64,000 nt of DNA from the human T2T-CHM13v2.0 reference genome, Homo sapiens. Positions 21,786 to 37,200 of this stretch are shown here, piece by piece (position 1 is the first letter of the stretch; each line of letters opens with the position of its first letter). A model generated the notes under the pieces. It did no database searches, was not told the DNA's origin, and was given only the letters and a program-made list of their open reading frames with translations. Both the position numbers and the translations under genes were made by a program. Location of the stretch: NCBI RefSeq assembly GCF_009914755.1, contig NC_060948.1; one strand, written 5' to 3'.

Positions 21786-22402
21786 TGAGCCACCATGCCC
21801 GGCTAGAAGTTTTTAATTAGTAAAATAATAATGGTTAACACTAAGCCTGTGTTTAACACATGGAAATTTAATGCTATACCATCTTGTTTTTTTGAGACAG
21901 AGTCTGTCTCTGTCGCCCAGGCTGGAGTCACTGCAACCTTTGTCTCATGGGTTCAAGCGATTCTCCTGACTCAGCCTCCCAAGTAGCTGGAATGACAGGC
22001 ACATGCCACCGTGTTCAGCTAACTTTTGTATTTTCACTAGAGACAGGGTTTCACCATGTTGGTCAGGCTGGTCTTGAACTCCTGAACTCAGGTGATCTGC
22101 CTGCCTTGGCTTCCCAAACTGCTGGGATGACAGGCATGAGGCACGGCACTGGCCAATATTACATCATCTTATATGACTCTTAAAACTGTTACAGAAGCAG
22201 TATCATTAAAAACATCAACTTAACAAGGTCTGTAGTTAAAATCTGTATGGTGGCTTATGTTGTTGGTGTCAAAATTTAAAGTACTGTTTCAAAGTGGCTG
22301 TGGTGGTGAAGGAGGTGTTGCTATTATTAATTTGTTAGCCTGAAAATGGTGAACAGAATCACTGTTTTCATAGTATAAGCATCTTTTCTCTTTTCAACTC
22401 AG

Positions 22403-22623
22403 CTTGTGAAGCACTTACTGAGTGGGAATATCTGCCCCCTGTTGGACCCCGCCCACCAAAAGGATTTGTGGGACTCAAAAATGCTGGTGCTACGTGTTAC
22501 ATGAACTCTGTGATCCAGCAGCTATACATGATTCCTTCTATCAGGAACAGTATTCTTGCAATTGAAGGCACAGGTAGTGATTTACACGATGATATGTTCG
22601 GGGATGAGAAGCAGGACAGTGAG
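22403..22623 (+). CDS. USP9Y: USP9Y exon with catalytic Cys box ([13 protein letters not shown]; Cys codon 22495-22497)
   Basis: actcag| and |gtaaat; 221 nt; canonical USP Cys-box motif. Confidence 0.96.
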
Positions 22624-24698
22624 GTAAATTTTAATACTGTTTTCTTTGAAGAGTCTGATAGCAGATGCTGTTGTTCTCCCTCAGATTACTATACTTTCAT
22701 GGGATGTTATGGGGACTACATTTTGATGATACAGACAGAATCTCTGAGATACTATGTCTGGCATACTTGTAGTACTCACTATGTAATAGACTTAAAACTC
22801 CAGTTGATAATTAAACACTGTTTTTTTGTTTGTCTCCAAAGCACAGTTAATATAATCGCATTTTGTGTGACATGGTAAATGTAATTTGGTATTTGAAAAA
22901 TGATGAATCTATTTATTTTTAATAATTACATTTTCATTGCCTTGTTTTTTAAAATCTGTTATTTCATTTCTTTCACTTTTTATATTGTCTGTGTTTCATA
23001 AGCTGTACTTATTTTTAGGATTCTCTATTTTTCTCAAATTAGAGCTCTTTCTGCTAAGGAAACAAATTTGTTTCTCAGCTAATGCTTCACGGACCTGTTA
23101 ACAATATTAGTTAACAGTTGCAGTCAGGCTGCCTATGAAATGTATCCAGTTGAAAATAAAGCAGTAAAAAAGTTAGGTTTTAGTGGCAGATCACATATTT
23201 AAGATGCAGGTCTTAAATACATGTATATGGAAAATTTGAAGTTTTGGTCATATTTTGGCTGGGCATGTGGCTCACGCCTATAATCCCAGCACTTTGGGAG
23301 GTCAAGGCGGGCAGATCACCTGAGGTGGGGAGTTTGAGACCACCCTGACCAACATAGCGAAACCCCGATTTTACTAAAAACACAAAAATTAGCCAGGCGT
23401 GGTGGCACATGCCTGTAATCCCAGCTACTCAGGAGGCTGAGGCCAGAGAATCACTTGAACTCAGGAGGCAGAAGTTGCAGTGAGCTGAGATTGTGCCACT
23501 GTACTGCAGCCTGGGTGACAGAGTGAGACTCCATCTGAAAAGAAAAAAAAATTTCGGTCATGTTTATACTTAGACTGTTTATCTTTTACTTTTTTGCATA
23601 TATGTTGATAGGAACTAAATGCAGAAACAAAAATTGTAACTGCAGGAAATGGTTCTCCAATTTCTACATATCTTCCCTTCAGTGATCAGAAATAGTTTGA
23701 GTTTCAGATTGTAGTGTATCATTTATGGAGATTACAAACACTTGCTGCCGCCTTTCAAGATCTAATAAATCACACCATCCAGGCATTCCTATCTGGGTAA
23801 CTATACTTACAGTAGAATCTCCATGTGGGTTGTTGACCAATACCAGGTTAAGAGCCACTACTGAAAGGAAATTGGAAATTAAGTCCTACTTTTATAGCCC
23901 ATGTTACCCATAGGGTGTTGAATTTAAAACAGATAGGGATGGCAAATCATACTGACAAGAAGTAAGTGAGGCCAACAGAACATAAACTTTCAGATTAGGT
24001 CACCCACCTTTGTGCTTGGTTGCTTGTGCTTTATGTTGTCTCAGCACTGTACTATGGCATGCATGTGTCTGCCTACTTTTTCTATGCAATGAGCTTCTCC
24101 AGGGCAGGAACTGGGTATTATTTATTTCTGTATCACAAATACCAGATACAGAGCAAAGCATATAGAAACATGTTAGATATTTGTAAAGTAGCTGTATTTT
24201 GCTCTGTAGCTACAATGAGATTATGACCTATGGAGCTTCTGTATATGCTCCCGTACCTTCCACAGCTACTCTTAATAACTTTATTTATTGTTAATAATTG
24301 TGATAACATTATGTAAATTACTTCATGAATCTGGAAAATGCATTATGCTCACAAGAAAATACTGAGTCCTAGGAAGACCAAGTAACTTATTCCCCTGAAG
24401 TTACTTACGGCAGAGCACTCATTTGTCTTTACTGCTGTATACTTGACCAAACTTTACTATATTACACTACCTCTAATGTATTTTTTTAACTATTCTTTTA
24501 TGATAACTTATCTGTGAAATCTTTTATCATAACCCATCTGTGAAATGAGCACTAATATTAAAAATTAAGTGCTTTGGAAGTAAGAAATATAAAAAAGTGC
24601 ATAACATTTCATTTACTAACTTCTGGTATTTGTTTCAGCTTCTTTCGTTATACTGTTAAAGTTAGATTAGCTCATCAATAATGTCTTTTGGTCTCTAG

Positions 24699-24889
24699 AG
24701 TAATGTTGATCCCCGAGATGATGTATTTGGATATCCTCATCAATTTGAAGACAAGCCAGCATTAAGTAAGACAGAAGATAGGAAAGAGTATAATATTGGT
24801 GTCCTAAGACACCTTCAGGTCATCTTTGGTCATTTAGCTGCTTCCCAACTACAATACTATGTACCCAGAGGATTTTGGAAACAGTTCAG
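24699..24889 (+). CDS. USP9Y: USP9Y exon ([19 protein letters not shown]...FWKQF)
   Basis: ctctag| and |gtaaat; 191 nt, ends phase 2. Confidence 0.94.
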
Positions 24890-25303
24890 GTAAATTATGG
24901 GTGGGTGATCATTTAAGTTTCATAAAAACCTCAATACAGTAAACTTCTAAAATGTAGCTTAGAATACATAATTAGTTTTATATTTAATATTTAAACTGTA
25001 CTAATATTCTAATTATCCTTCTTGGTCATAGTTTTGTTTTATTTTCCCAATAGAATGTTTTATTATCCCAATAGAAAGAAGTAAAATTTGTCACAGTAAA
25101 GAAAGGCACTGTGTTCTTTAATCTCTTAAGATGTAATTTACTTCTTCATTTTGGAAGACATCAATTATATAAAAGCAGCCAGGCACGGTGGCTCACGCCT
25201 GTAATCCCAGCCCTTTTGGAGGCCAAGGCTGGCGGATCACCTGAGGTCAGGAGTTCAAGACCAGCCTGACCAACATGGAGAAACCCCATCTCTACCAAAA
25301 CTA

Positions 25304-25546
<243 letters not shown>

Positions 25547-25739
25547 TTATCTATATAGATTTTTTTATATATCCCTAACATTTTTCTTTAAGAAGATGAT
25601 CATGGTACATTATCACATATAATAAAAATTACTTTATAATCTTGGGAAACATGGCAAAACTTTGTCTCTACAAAAAAATGCAAAAATTAAGCATGGTAAT
25701 ATGAACCTGTAGTCTCAGCTCCTTTAGTGAGTGGAATAT

Positions 25740-25884
25740 CATTTCATTCACTAACTTTTGTTCTTAGTTTCTTTCAACTTCTTTCATTATAAGTTAGATT
25801 AGTGCATTAATGATATCTTTTGGTCTCTGGAGCAGTGTTGATCCCTGAGGTGATGTATCATAATCACCTTGAAGACCAGCATTA
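25740..25884 (+). pseudogene. Decayed duplicate of the intron/exon junction at 24606-24764 (pseudo-exon fragment)
   Basis: Collinear similarity over about 145 bp; acceptor ctctAG changed to ctctGG. Confidence 0.85.
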
Positions 25885-28624
25885 CTCATAAAGAAATGAA
25901 CATTTTCACCACTAGAAAGGAAGTCCCCCTTCCTAGTCTGGCAACAAAAAATATATGTGTATTATTATATATCTTTATATACTGTATATATTATATATAA
26001 TTATAACTTTATATTTTTATATATATAGGTATATTTTTCTTTACAAATTTGTAAAGTGATGATTCCCTAACATCCTCCAAAAGTGACCAATAAAATTTGG
26101 CCTCTTTTTAGGTTTGGAAAACCTCAATTAGGCCAGCTGCAGTGGCTCACACTAGTAGCCCCATCACTTTGGGAGGCCAAGGCAAACAGATCACTTGAGC
26201 CCATGAGTTCAAGACCACCCTGGGCAACATGGCAATACCCCATCTCTACTAAAAATGCAAAAACTTAGCTGGGCGTGGTGGCCTGTGCCAGTAGTCCCAG
26301 CTACCTGGGACGCTGAGGCAGGAGGATCACCTCAACCGTAATGGAGCCACTGGCCTCCAGCCTCAGCAACAGAGGGAGACCCTATCTCAAAAAAAAAAAC
26401 AAAGAAAGAGCTCAGTTACATCTTGAACTTGTCTTTTTTGTTTGTTTGTTTCACCTATTTTATCAAGGCCTACTTTGTGTTATACATGCTACTAAACACT
26501 GTAGCACAACTTTTTACTATATACTGTAATACATGCTCTTCCTAATGTGTAGAAAAATGCTGCTGCCCCTCATAAGAATTTAGAGTTCTTTCAACAAGAT
26601 ACTTCCTTGATAGCTCAGAGATAGGAAAGGAAAGGGCTCTTCTGATTTCTGAGCTGCTTTTTCTGTTGCACTTATGGCAGCCACCCTTATATGTATTAGC
26701 ATATCACTTTGATTCCTTTTGAAAGTCACAAACTTACAGTACACTGACTCCCCATTATATCTCTCAGTATAAATTTCTGTATTCTGTAGCTGAGCTGTAA
26801 GCCTAGATTATAAGTACGATATGCATATATAATTCTTCTTTTCCTCTTTCAGTTATGTAACTTCACACGTGCCTTGCTCCCCTTTTTACCTGTTTCAACT
26901 GTTTTTTTCTTTCCCTAGCGTATGCTTTCTTTACCTCGACTTTTTTCTGCAATCTAGTCAACAATTCTGTTCCTGTTCTTCCAATTTACTATAACACTTT
27001 TAGATTTGTCTTCAAATCTTTCACTTAATAATATATGTGTGATAACTGAATACACAGTTACATAATTATATACATTATAGAGGAATTTCATACACACATA
27101 TATAGATATATATCGTTTTGCTTCTTTATAATCTGTATTTAAATGTATTAAGCTATAATGTGTTTGTACTTAAATATGTATGTTTTTGTCCTCTCAGTGA
27201 TTCTCTCCAAATAAGTGTGGAGCTCACAATTTGTCCTAAAACATTTGTGTTACACAAACTGTAGACACATATGTTCCTATTACATTTTTTTCTTTTGTGG
27301 TAAAGTTCTCATAAAATTCAACATTTTAACCATTTAATAGTGTACAATTCAGTGCTTTTTGGTACATTCAGAATTTTTGTGAAAATATCACTACCATTTG
27401 GTTCCAGGACATTTTCCTCACCAAAAAAAGAGGTTCCCTGCTCATTAAAGAATCATTCAGCCCACTTTTCTCTTCTTCCTACCCCGACAACAAAAAATTA
27501 CTTTTCTCTCTATATAGGTTTGCATATTTTTGATATTTCTTGTAATTTAATCACAGCATATATGGCCTTTCTGTCTAGCTTCTAATGTTAAATATGGTGT
27601 GTTTAAGGTATGTCCATTTTGTAACATGTATCGGCACTTTGTTCATTTTATGGCTGAATTATATTTCATTGTATGACTAGACCATGTTTTATTTATCCAT
27701 TGATTAACTTTGGATGGTTTCCGTCTTTGAGCTATTGTGAATAGTGCCTCTGTGAAAATTCATGAACAAGTTTGTGTGTGGATCCATGTTTCATTTCTTT
27801 TTGGAGTAGACCTAGAAATGCGGTTACTGGGTCATGTGGTAATTCTATGTCTAATTTTTTGTGGAGCCACCAAATTGGTTTCCAAAGCCCCTGTAGAATT
27901 TTACATTTTCTTTTTTTTTTTTTTTTTCCTTGAGAAGTAGTCTCACTCTGTTACCCAGGCTGGAGTACAGTGGTGCAATCTCAGTTCACAGCAGCCTTTA
28001 CATCCCGGGTTCAAGCAACCGTCCTGCCTCAGCCTCCCTGCCTCAGCTCCTGAGTAGCTGGGACTGCAGGAGTGCTCCATCAGCACTCCACCACAGCTGA
28101 TTTTTGTATTTTCAGTAGAGACAGGGTTTTTAGTAGAGATGAGATTTGGCCATATTGGCCAGGCTGGTCTCAAACTCCAGACCTCGGATGATCTGCCGAC
28201 CTTGGCCTCCCAAAGTGCTGGTATTATAGGTGTGAGCCACTGGCCCTGGCCCAGACATTTACATTTTCTGTCAGCAAATTATGAAGGTTACAGTTTCTCT
28301 ACATCTGTCAACACTTGCTGTTTCCTTACTTTTAGTATATCCATCTTGAAATATGTGAAGTGTATCTTATTTTGAATTTGATTTGCATTTCCCTAATGAC
28401 TGTTAGTACTATTGAGCATTTTGCATGTACTTATTAGCAATTTCTGTACTTTTTTGAGGAAATGTCTGTTGAAGTACTTTTCTCATTTTTTGATTGCCTT
28501 TTGTTGTTGCATTGTAAGACTTCTTTGTATCTTTTTTGCGTATTTGTGATATTAGGCCCTTAAAGATAAATTATTTAGAAATATTTTCTCCCATCTGTGG
28601 ATTATCCTCTCAGTATATTTATAG

Positions 28625-29011
<387 letters not shown>

Positions 29012-29071
29012 TGATTTACTATTTCTATCGTGGCAGAATGTGCATAACATAAAAATTCACCCTTTTAATAG

Positions 29072-29425
<354 letters not shown>

Positions 29426-31246
29426 TGAGCCACCGTGCCCTGCCAGTTTTTCTTCTTTTAAATTGAAACTTTATATTCATTAATAATAGCTCCCTCATAT
29501 CCCCATATTGATTTTGAGGTGCTGATTTGGAAACTTTGTTGAATTATTTTATCATAGTGATGTATACTTGTGTGTAATCGTTAGGATTTCAATTTGGATG
29601 CTTTTTGTTTCTTATTTCTTTAATGATTGTCTAGGAGAATTACTGTGTCAAATAGAAGTGGTAAAAGTGCATATCTTTGAGTTGTTCCTGGTCTTAGAGG
29701 AAAAGCTCTTAGTCTTTCATCATTAAAACCTTGTCTTAGACAAGCTTGTCCAACCTGCCTTATTTCATTGTTATGTTTTGTTTTCTTTTAGGCTAAAAGC
29801 AGCCTGAAGCCATGGGTTTTTAGTTTCTGTGTCTAGTGATAAGATTAAACGAGGGTGAGGAAGGAACTTTACTGGCCTATCAAGAAACAGAAACTCAGAA
29901 CCCATGAGTGTATTCTCTCCCTTGGACAATCCTGCCTTAGACCATATTTAAATATTGACTCAGTATGAATCAAAGCTAAACATAATAAATAAAATTTTAT
30001 AAGTTTAAAGGGAAAATTTATGACATTGGATTTGGCAGTGATTTGTTTGATTACATCAAAAGTACAGGCAGCAGAAGAAAAAGTAGATAAAGAATAAAAG
30101 TCATATTCTGATATCCAGTGAAAATATCTCTTAGTAGTTACTGGGATATACATTTATTCTCATGAGAAAGGAAACTTGTGAAGAAATTTCTAAATTCTGT
30201 CAAAAGTTTTGGCAGAAAGGTAGTTAAACACAGGGACACATGTAATTGCAAGAAAGAATACAAGCAGGAAATGGTATATGTAGTAGTCTTATTTTTCTTT
30301 CCTAGTTTGTTTAAATTTCTATGAGTATTGAAAATAAAAATAACATTAAGGGGTAATTATGCATGGTTTTAGTATGTTTGACAATTATATATGGAGAAAA
30401 GTAAATGCTTATTATTTGGCTGTGAAGCTTCTGTATCTTAATGGAAGTGGTAAAATATTAACACTGTGATAATGTAATTCATAAAGCAATTGTATATAAT
30501 TTATACATATATTCTGTATATGTATTTACATACATATATATTTGTGTGTGTTTATGTAAAATTACACAGACATAGACAGCTAAACGTACATACAGAAATA
30601 AGTACAAGTAAAACCTAGAGAAATGTAATTTAAGATTTTGGCTTGTACCAATAATAGTATCCCAATTGTGATACTGTGTTACATAGTTTTGCAAGATGCT
30701 ATTGCTGGGGAAATTGGATAAAAGATATCTTTATTAAAATACAGAAACAGAGAAAACAGCATCTCTGTTATTTCTTAAAACTCCATGTGATTCTACAATT
30801 ATCTCAACTTTTTTAAAAAAAAAATCCAAGCTTGGAAAAAGAAAATAGGAAATCACTAACCAAGAAAAGTTGAAAGAACCATCCCAAGTAACTCTGGAAG
30901 ACAGTGTATTGAGTAGGTACTGTAAAGCTAAATAAAAAGAACTGTACAGAAGTACTAATCTCTGCAATTCTATTTCCAAGTGTTACCAATTCTGGAACTA
31001 CTTTAGATGTTTATTAGAGGTGAACAAATCTAGCACAGATAATAACAGCCAGGATTGTAATTTTTGTAAAGATAAGTTACAGGTAAGGGAAGGTAGGTGG
31101 CTTGAGTGAACAGTGGTATGTAGTTGTAGTCATGTTTATTTTAAACTACATACGTGGTGTGATATGTATGTATGCTTCTTGGTGGTTGTGTTTTTGTTGG
31201 TTTGTTTGTTTGTTTGTTTGTTTTGAGACAGAGTCTTGCTCTGTAG

Positions 31247-31390
<144 letters not shown>

Positions 31391-31670
31391 TAGTAGAGAT
31401 GGGGTTTCACCATGTTGGCCAGTTGGTCTCGGACTCCTGACATCAAGTGATCTGCCCCCATCAGCCCCCTAAAGTGCTGTGATTACAGCTTGAGCTGAGC
31501 CACCATGCGTCTTGTATATATGTTTTAAGTTTAGACACATACATACAGATAGGCGTAGCAATAGAGATATGTGTGTGTGAGCATTGATGTGGTATATACA
31601 CATATATTTCCAAGTTCTGTGCACTGAGAATGTCTAAAAATAATGACCCCAATAATGTAGGTGTCTAACG

Positions 31671-31775
31671 GTTGGTACCTAGAGCTTAATTTGTACATAG
31701 TTATCTAGGCAGTTGGTATCTAGAGCTTAATTTGTACATAGGTATCTAGCAGTTGGTATCTAGAGTTTAATTTGT
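31671..31775. repeat. About 40-bp tandem repeat, 2.6 copies (GTTGGTAYCTAGAGCTTAATTTGTACATAG...)
   Basis: Directly visible. Confidence 0.9.
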
Positions 31776-32149
31776 AAGTACCATTTTCTGATGAAAAGGA
31801 ACCAGACCTGCCTGGAAAGTTGGTGTGTTCCCAGGCAGGAGCAGACGACTATGAGCATATTGGCCTAGATGCAAGCCATTAAGGAAATTGTCAAAAAAGA
31901 AAAGAAATAATACCAAGTCAGCATAGGAGCCAACTGAAAAGCTCTCGTGTTTAATATTGAAACAATTTTAGGAAAAAGATAAATAATAATAGTATTAGAT
32001 TATAATACTTAGCATAAAATAAATGCTCATACTGATAGAAGCAAATAACTGAATAAATAAATGAAGGAAATAGAGTAACACCATTAGAGCATCACAGTAA
32101 TAACTGATGCAAGAAAGATTCACTGATTACCAAAATTAGTGGGGAATAG

Positions 32150-32419
<270 letters not shown>

Positions 32420-34073
32420 TGAGGCTGGTCTCGAACTCCAGACCCTGGGTGATCCACCAGCCTCGGCCTCCCAAAGCGCTGGGATTACAGGCATGAGCCA
32501 CCATGCCAGGCCAGTAAACGGTATATTTTCATATAGGAATTATTAACCTGTTTTGTACCTTAAAACTAGGGGAGCAGCCAGGTATGGTGGCTTATGCCTG
32601 TAATCCCAGCACTTTGGGAGGCCAAGGTGCGCGGATCACTTGAGCCCAGGAGTTGAACACTAGCCTGGCTAACATGGTGAAACCTCCATCTCTCCTAAAA
32701 ATACAGAAATTAGCTGGGCATGGTGATGCATACCTGTAGTCCCAGCTACTCAGGAAGCTAAGGGAAGAGGATTGCTTGAACCCAATAAGTTGAGGCTGTG
32801 GTGAGCTGTGATTATATCACTGCACTCCAGCCTGGACAATAGGGCAAGATCCTATCTTAAAAAAAAAACAAAAATGAAAAAGAAAAAAAAAGGAAAGAAA
32901 AAAATACAGTGGAGAAAATAGTAAATTAAACCCAAAACAAGCAAAGATTTTTCAGAAGTACTAGAAACCAATGAAGTTGGAAAAAAAAAAAAAAAAAAAG
33001 AAGTGATAGAGAAAGAAACTTTAGAGTAGTGCTAAAAATGAAAACAATGTGTTTTTACTTCTTGTCAGCTTGAAGTAATTTGGACTTAATTTGCCTCCTT
33101 TGGTGAAACAATTTTTTAAAAATATACAGATAAAGTACATTAAACTATGGCTTCAACACATTAGGCATCAGACAAAAAAGGAATATTATTCTTGAGATAG
33201 GAAACAAATGAGAGCCCTGCAGTAGCCTTAGTTAGTCTACAGTGTAGGGTGGGACAGTGAATCAGACCAATGGAATTCCTGACTTAAGGAAACATTGTGG
33301 AGAATCCAAGGAGACTAAAGGATCTAAGGTTTGTAATAGTGCATCAGAGAGCTGCATTAATTCTAGTAATTTTTATTTCTCCTTGAATATTCAAGAGAGA
33401 ACTAAGCACTACATGTAAATCGGGAAACAAATTGGGGTAAGGAAAGAAACACATGAAAGAATTAGAGGGAGCAGTCTAAATTCTCACAGAACAGGAAAAA
33501 TAGCTGTTCCTCCCAGCCACATTAGAAAAACTGTTAGTTCACAGGGTATAGAGTATCTAGAAGAGCCTTGTTCGGTACCAAGGAATACTTATTCCTATAC
33601 TATGCACTGTTTTTGGCTACCTAAAGTGTGAACAGGAAAATCAAACTACGTCTCAAACCAAGCTAGAGAAAGTTTAAAAGAGTACAGAATATCAAGCATT
33701 GAATAAGGTAAAATTCAAAATATCTCTATCTAGTCAAAGATTATCAGGCATGCAAAGAAGCAGGAACATATGACCTACCATGTGAAGAATCAACAAATAG
33801 GTGGACCTGACCTAGAACTGACTCAGATGTTAAACGATAAAAACTTTTAAAAGTTTTTGTAATGTATATTCATATGTTCAAAAAGTTAGAGATAAGCAAA
33901 ATTACAACAAAGCTCTGCAGATGAAGACTTAAAAGAGATGAAAAATACGCTAAGGCTGGGCGCGGTCATGGCTCATGCCTCTAATCACAGCACTTTGGGC
34001 GGCTGAGACCGGTGGATCACCTGAGGTCAGGAGTTTGAGACCAACCTGGCCAACATGGTTAAACCCATATCTA

Positions 34074-34265
<192 letters not shown>

Positions 34266-37200
34266 TTAACAGCTGATAACACACTGCAGAAGAAAAGATC
34301 TATTAAATGTATTCATTATAAAACACAAGGGTAAAATGATTTTCTAAAACAAAAGAGTATCACTGAGCTGTGGGACAACCTTAGATGATCTAATTAATTT
34401 CCCCAAAACAGGAGAAGGAAATCAAAAAAAAAAAAAAAGGCATTAGAAGATATGATGGCCTAAAACTAAATAAAAAGTTTTTATTAAGATTCTTCAAGAA
34501 CTACTTTGCTTGATAGCAAAATATGACAAACATTTAAAAATACTGAAACTACAGACCACATTTCTGGTGTTAGATGCACGGTTTCTAAAAATAATTTTGG
34601 AAGTTGAAGTGAACAATGTTAAAGACAATACCTGATGACAAAGGAGAATATATTTTAGGAAAGCTTAGTTGGTTTAAATCAATTAATATACTTACATTAA
34701 ACAAACTAAAAAGGAAACTTATATGATGACTTCAGTAGATGTAAGAAAACATTTGACAAAATAGATTTTCCTGATAAACATCAGCACAACTAATAATGAA
34801 AGAAAACCTGATAAAAGGCATCTGCAGACAGCCTACAGCTATCATGTTGAATGCAAATTCATTATTGTGAGTGGAAAAAAAAAGACAGGAATGGTGGATA
34901 TCGTGTGATTGTATTAGTATTAAAATTATAGAAAATGGAAATATTCTAATTGGCAGAAAGCACAAAGTGGTTGCTTGAGATGGGAAGAATGGGATGGCAG
35001 GGGCAAAATGGAGAGGTTAAAAAGGAAAATCATTTGAGTGTTGGATACATTCATTATCTTGACTGAGGTGATTTTACAAGGGGTGTGTGTATGTGTGTTG
35101 TTATAATTTATCGTTTATGCTTCTGTTTACTGTATATGAACACTCTTTACCGAAACAAACAAAAAAACCAACAACATTGAAAACTAATTGCAGCTTCTGA
35201 ATGCTGAACACTGAAAAAAAACTGCAGAGATCAAAGAAGGTAAAAATTGATAGAAAAAAACTCACAACGATTTTTTTTTCCCACAAGACCATGCAGATAC
35301 CATACTATCCCTTTAATGAAAGATGAAATATTGCTAACATGTCAGTTCTTCCCAAATTGATTTATAAACCTATGTTTTCTATCAGGATATTTACATATAT
35401 TAATTTACCAATTATTAGCATGAAAGGAAAGAGGACAAGGAAAGCTAAAACAATTTGGGAAAGGAAATGATCCAAATTGGAGAACTTCCACTGCGTGATT
35501 TCAAGACTGCCATTAAAGCCACAAAAATTAAAACATGGCATTAATAAAAGGATAGGCACAAAGATTAATACCATGTGTAGCTTTGGAAAATAATGTATAC
35601 TAATATGACTAATGTCCCAGATCATTTAATGAAAAGACTTCGCATTTTTCCCATCTTGGGGAGAGAATGCAAAGTCTTCACTTTTAGTGATTTGGGACAA
35701 CTGGACATTCATATCCTTTCCCCTAAAGTGAACCTCAACCTGTGCCTTATACAAATTTAATGCAAAATGAAACTCAGACCTAGAATGTGAGAATATTGAA
35801 GAAAAACCTTTTGTCACTTTGAATTGTTATCAAACAATATTTAGATGATAATTCATAAATGTTGATACGTGTGACTTCATCAAAAGGAAAGCCATATACT
35901 CTTCCAAAGACGACATTAGGAAAATGAAAAGGCATAGCATGGGAAAAATATTTGCAAAATACATACAAAATAAAGAATTTTCCTAGCTCAATATTAAAAA
36001 GTACATAATTAAAATTCTTAAAATATTTGAAAACTTAACCAAAGAAGATAAATGGTATAAAACTGTGTTCAACATCATTATTCATTAGGGGTTTTTATGT
36101 TAAAACCACAACAGATACAACTACACCCCTGTTTTTTTCTGGTGCTGGTTTGGATCAGGAGTACATGATACTCAGCCGTTACTGATAAAATTTTCCAAAG
36201 TTGTGATCCTTTGGGAAACTGCCAGTTTCTTACAAACTTATTCATAAACTTAATGTACAACTAAGCAGGCTGACTCCTGGATATTTATCAAAATGAACTG
36301 AGGACTAAGATAGAGCCTGTCTGTAGGTATTTATAGCAGCTTTATCAGCAGTGCTAAATTGCTTGTGTCCCAGCAATTTTGGGAACAACTTTTGTCCCTT
36401 GAATGGCTAATAGATAAGTAAATTCTGGTACATTCATATGGTGAAATACAACACGGCAAAGAAAAAGGATTAAGCTATTGACACACTGAGCTGAGTTAAA
36501 GGTTCACATTCATTGTGCTAAAGGAAAGCCTCAAATCTACATCTAACATATAGAAGCCTGACAAAGATGCTGCAAGAAAATTATAGACCAGTAATCCATT
36601 ATGAACATGGATGCAAAATTCCACAACAAAATACTAGCAAACCCAATTTAGCAGCATGTTAAAAGAATATTATATCATGACCAAGTGGGGTTTATTCTAA
36701 GAATATGTGCATGATTCAACAAGTGAAACTAATCAGTGTAATACACCACTTTAATAAATGAGCAAAAAATAGCACATTGTCATCTCAATTGAGATGGAGG
36801 AAACATTTAACAGAACTGCCTTTCATGATAAAAACATGCAGTGAATACAGAACAGAAGGAAACTGCCTCAGCTTAATAAAAGCCATGTATAAAAAACTCT
36901 GAGCAAGCATATTTGTAATATAAAGCTTTTACTCTAAGATAACGAACAAGGCAAAGCTGCCCACTTATACCACCGCTGTTTAATATAATACTGGCAGTCC
37001 TACCCAGCACAGTTAGGCAAGAAAAAAGAAGAGGCATCCACATTGGAAAAGGAGCAGAAAAATTATCTCTGTTTACACATGCTGTGATGTTACATGTATA
37101 AATTTCTGAAGATACTCCTACGAAAACTGTTGGAGTAAATAATTGAATTAGGCAAAGTAGCAGAATGCAAAGTCTCACAAATATCAGTTGCATTTCTATA

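Noticed and set aside
31671-31775. CRISPR-like array
   Set aside because: Head-to-tail repeats with no unique spacers and no cas genes, in human DNA; the same applies to 12323-12415.
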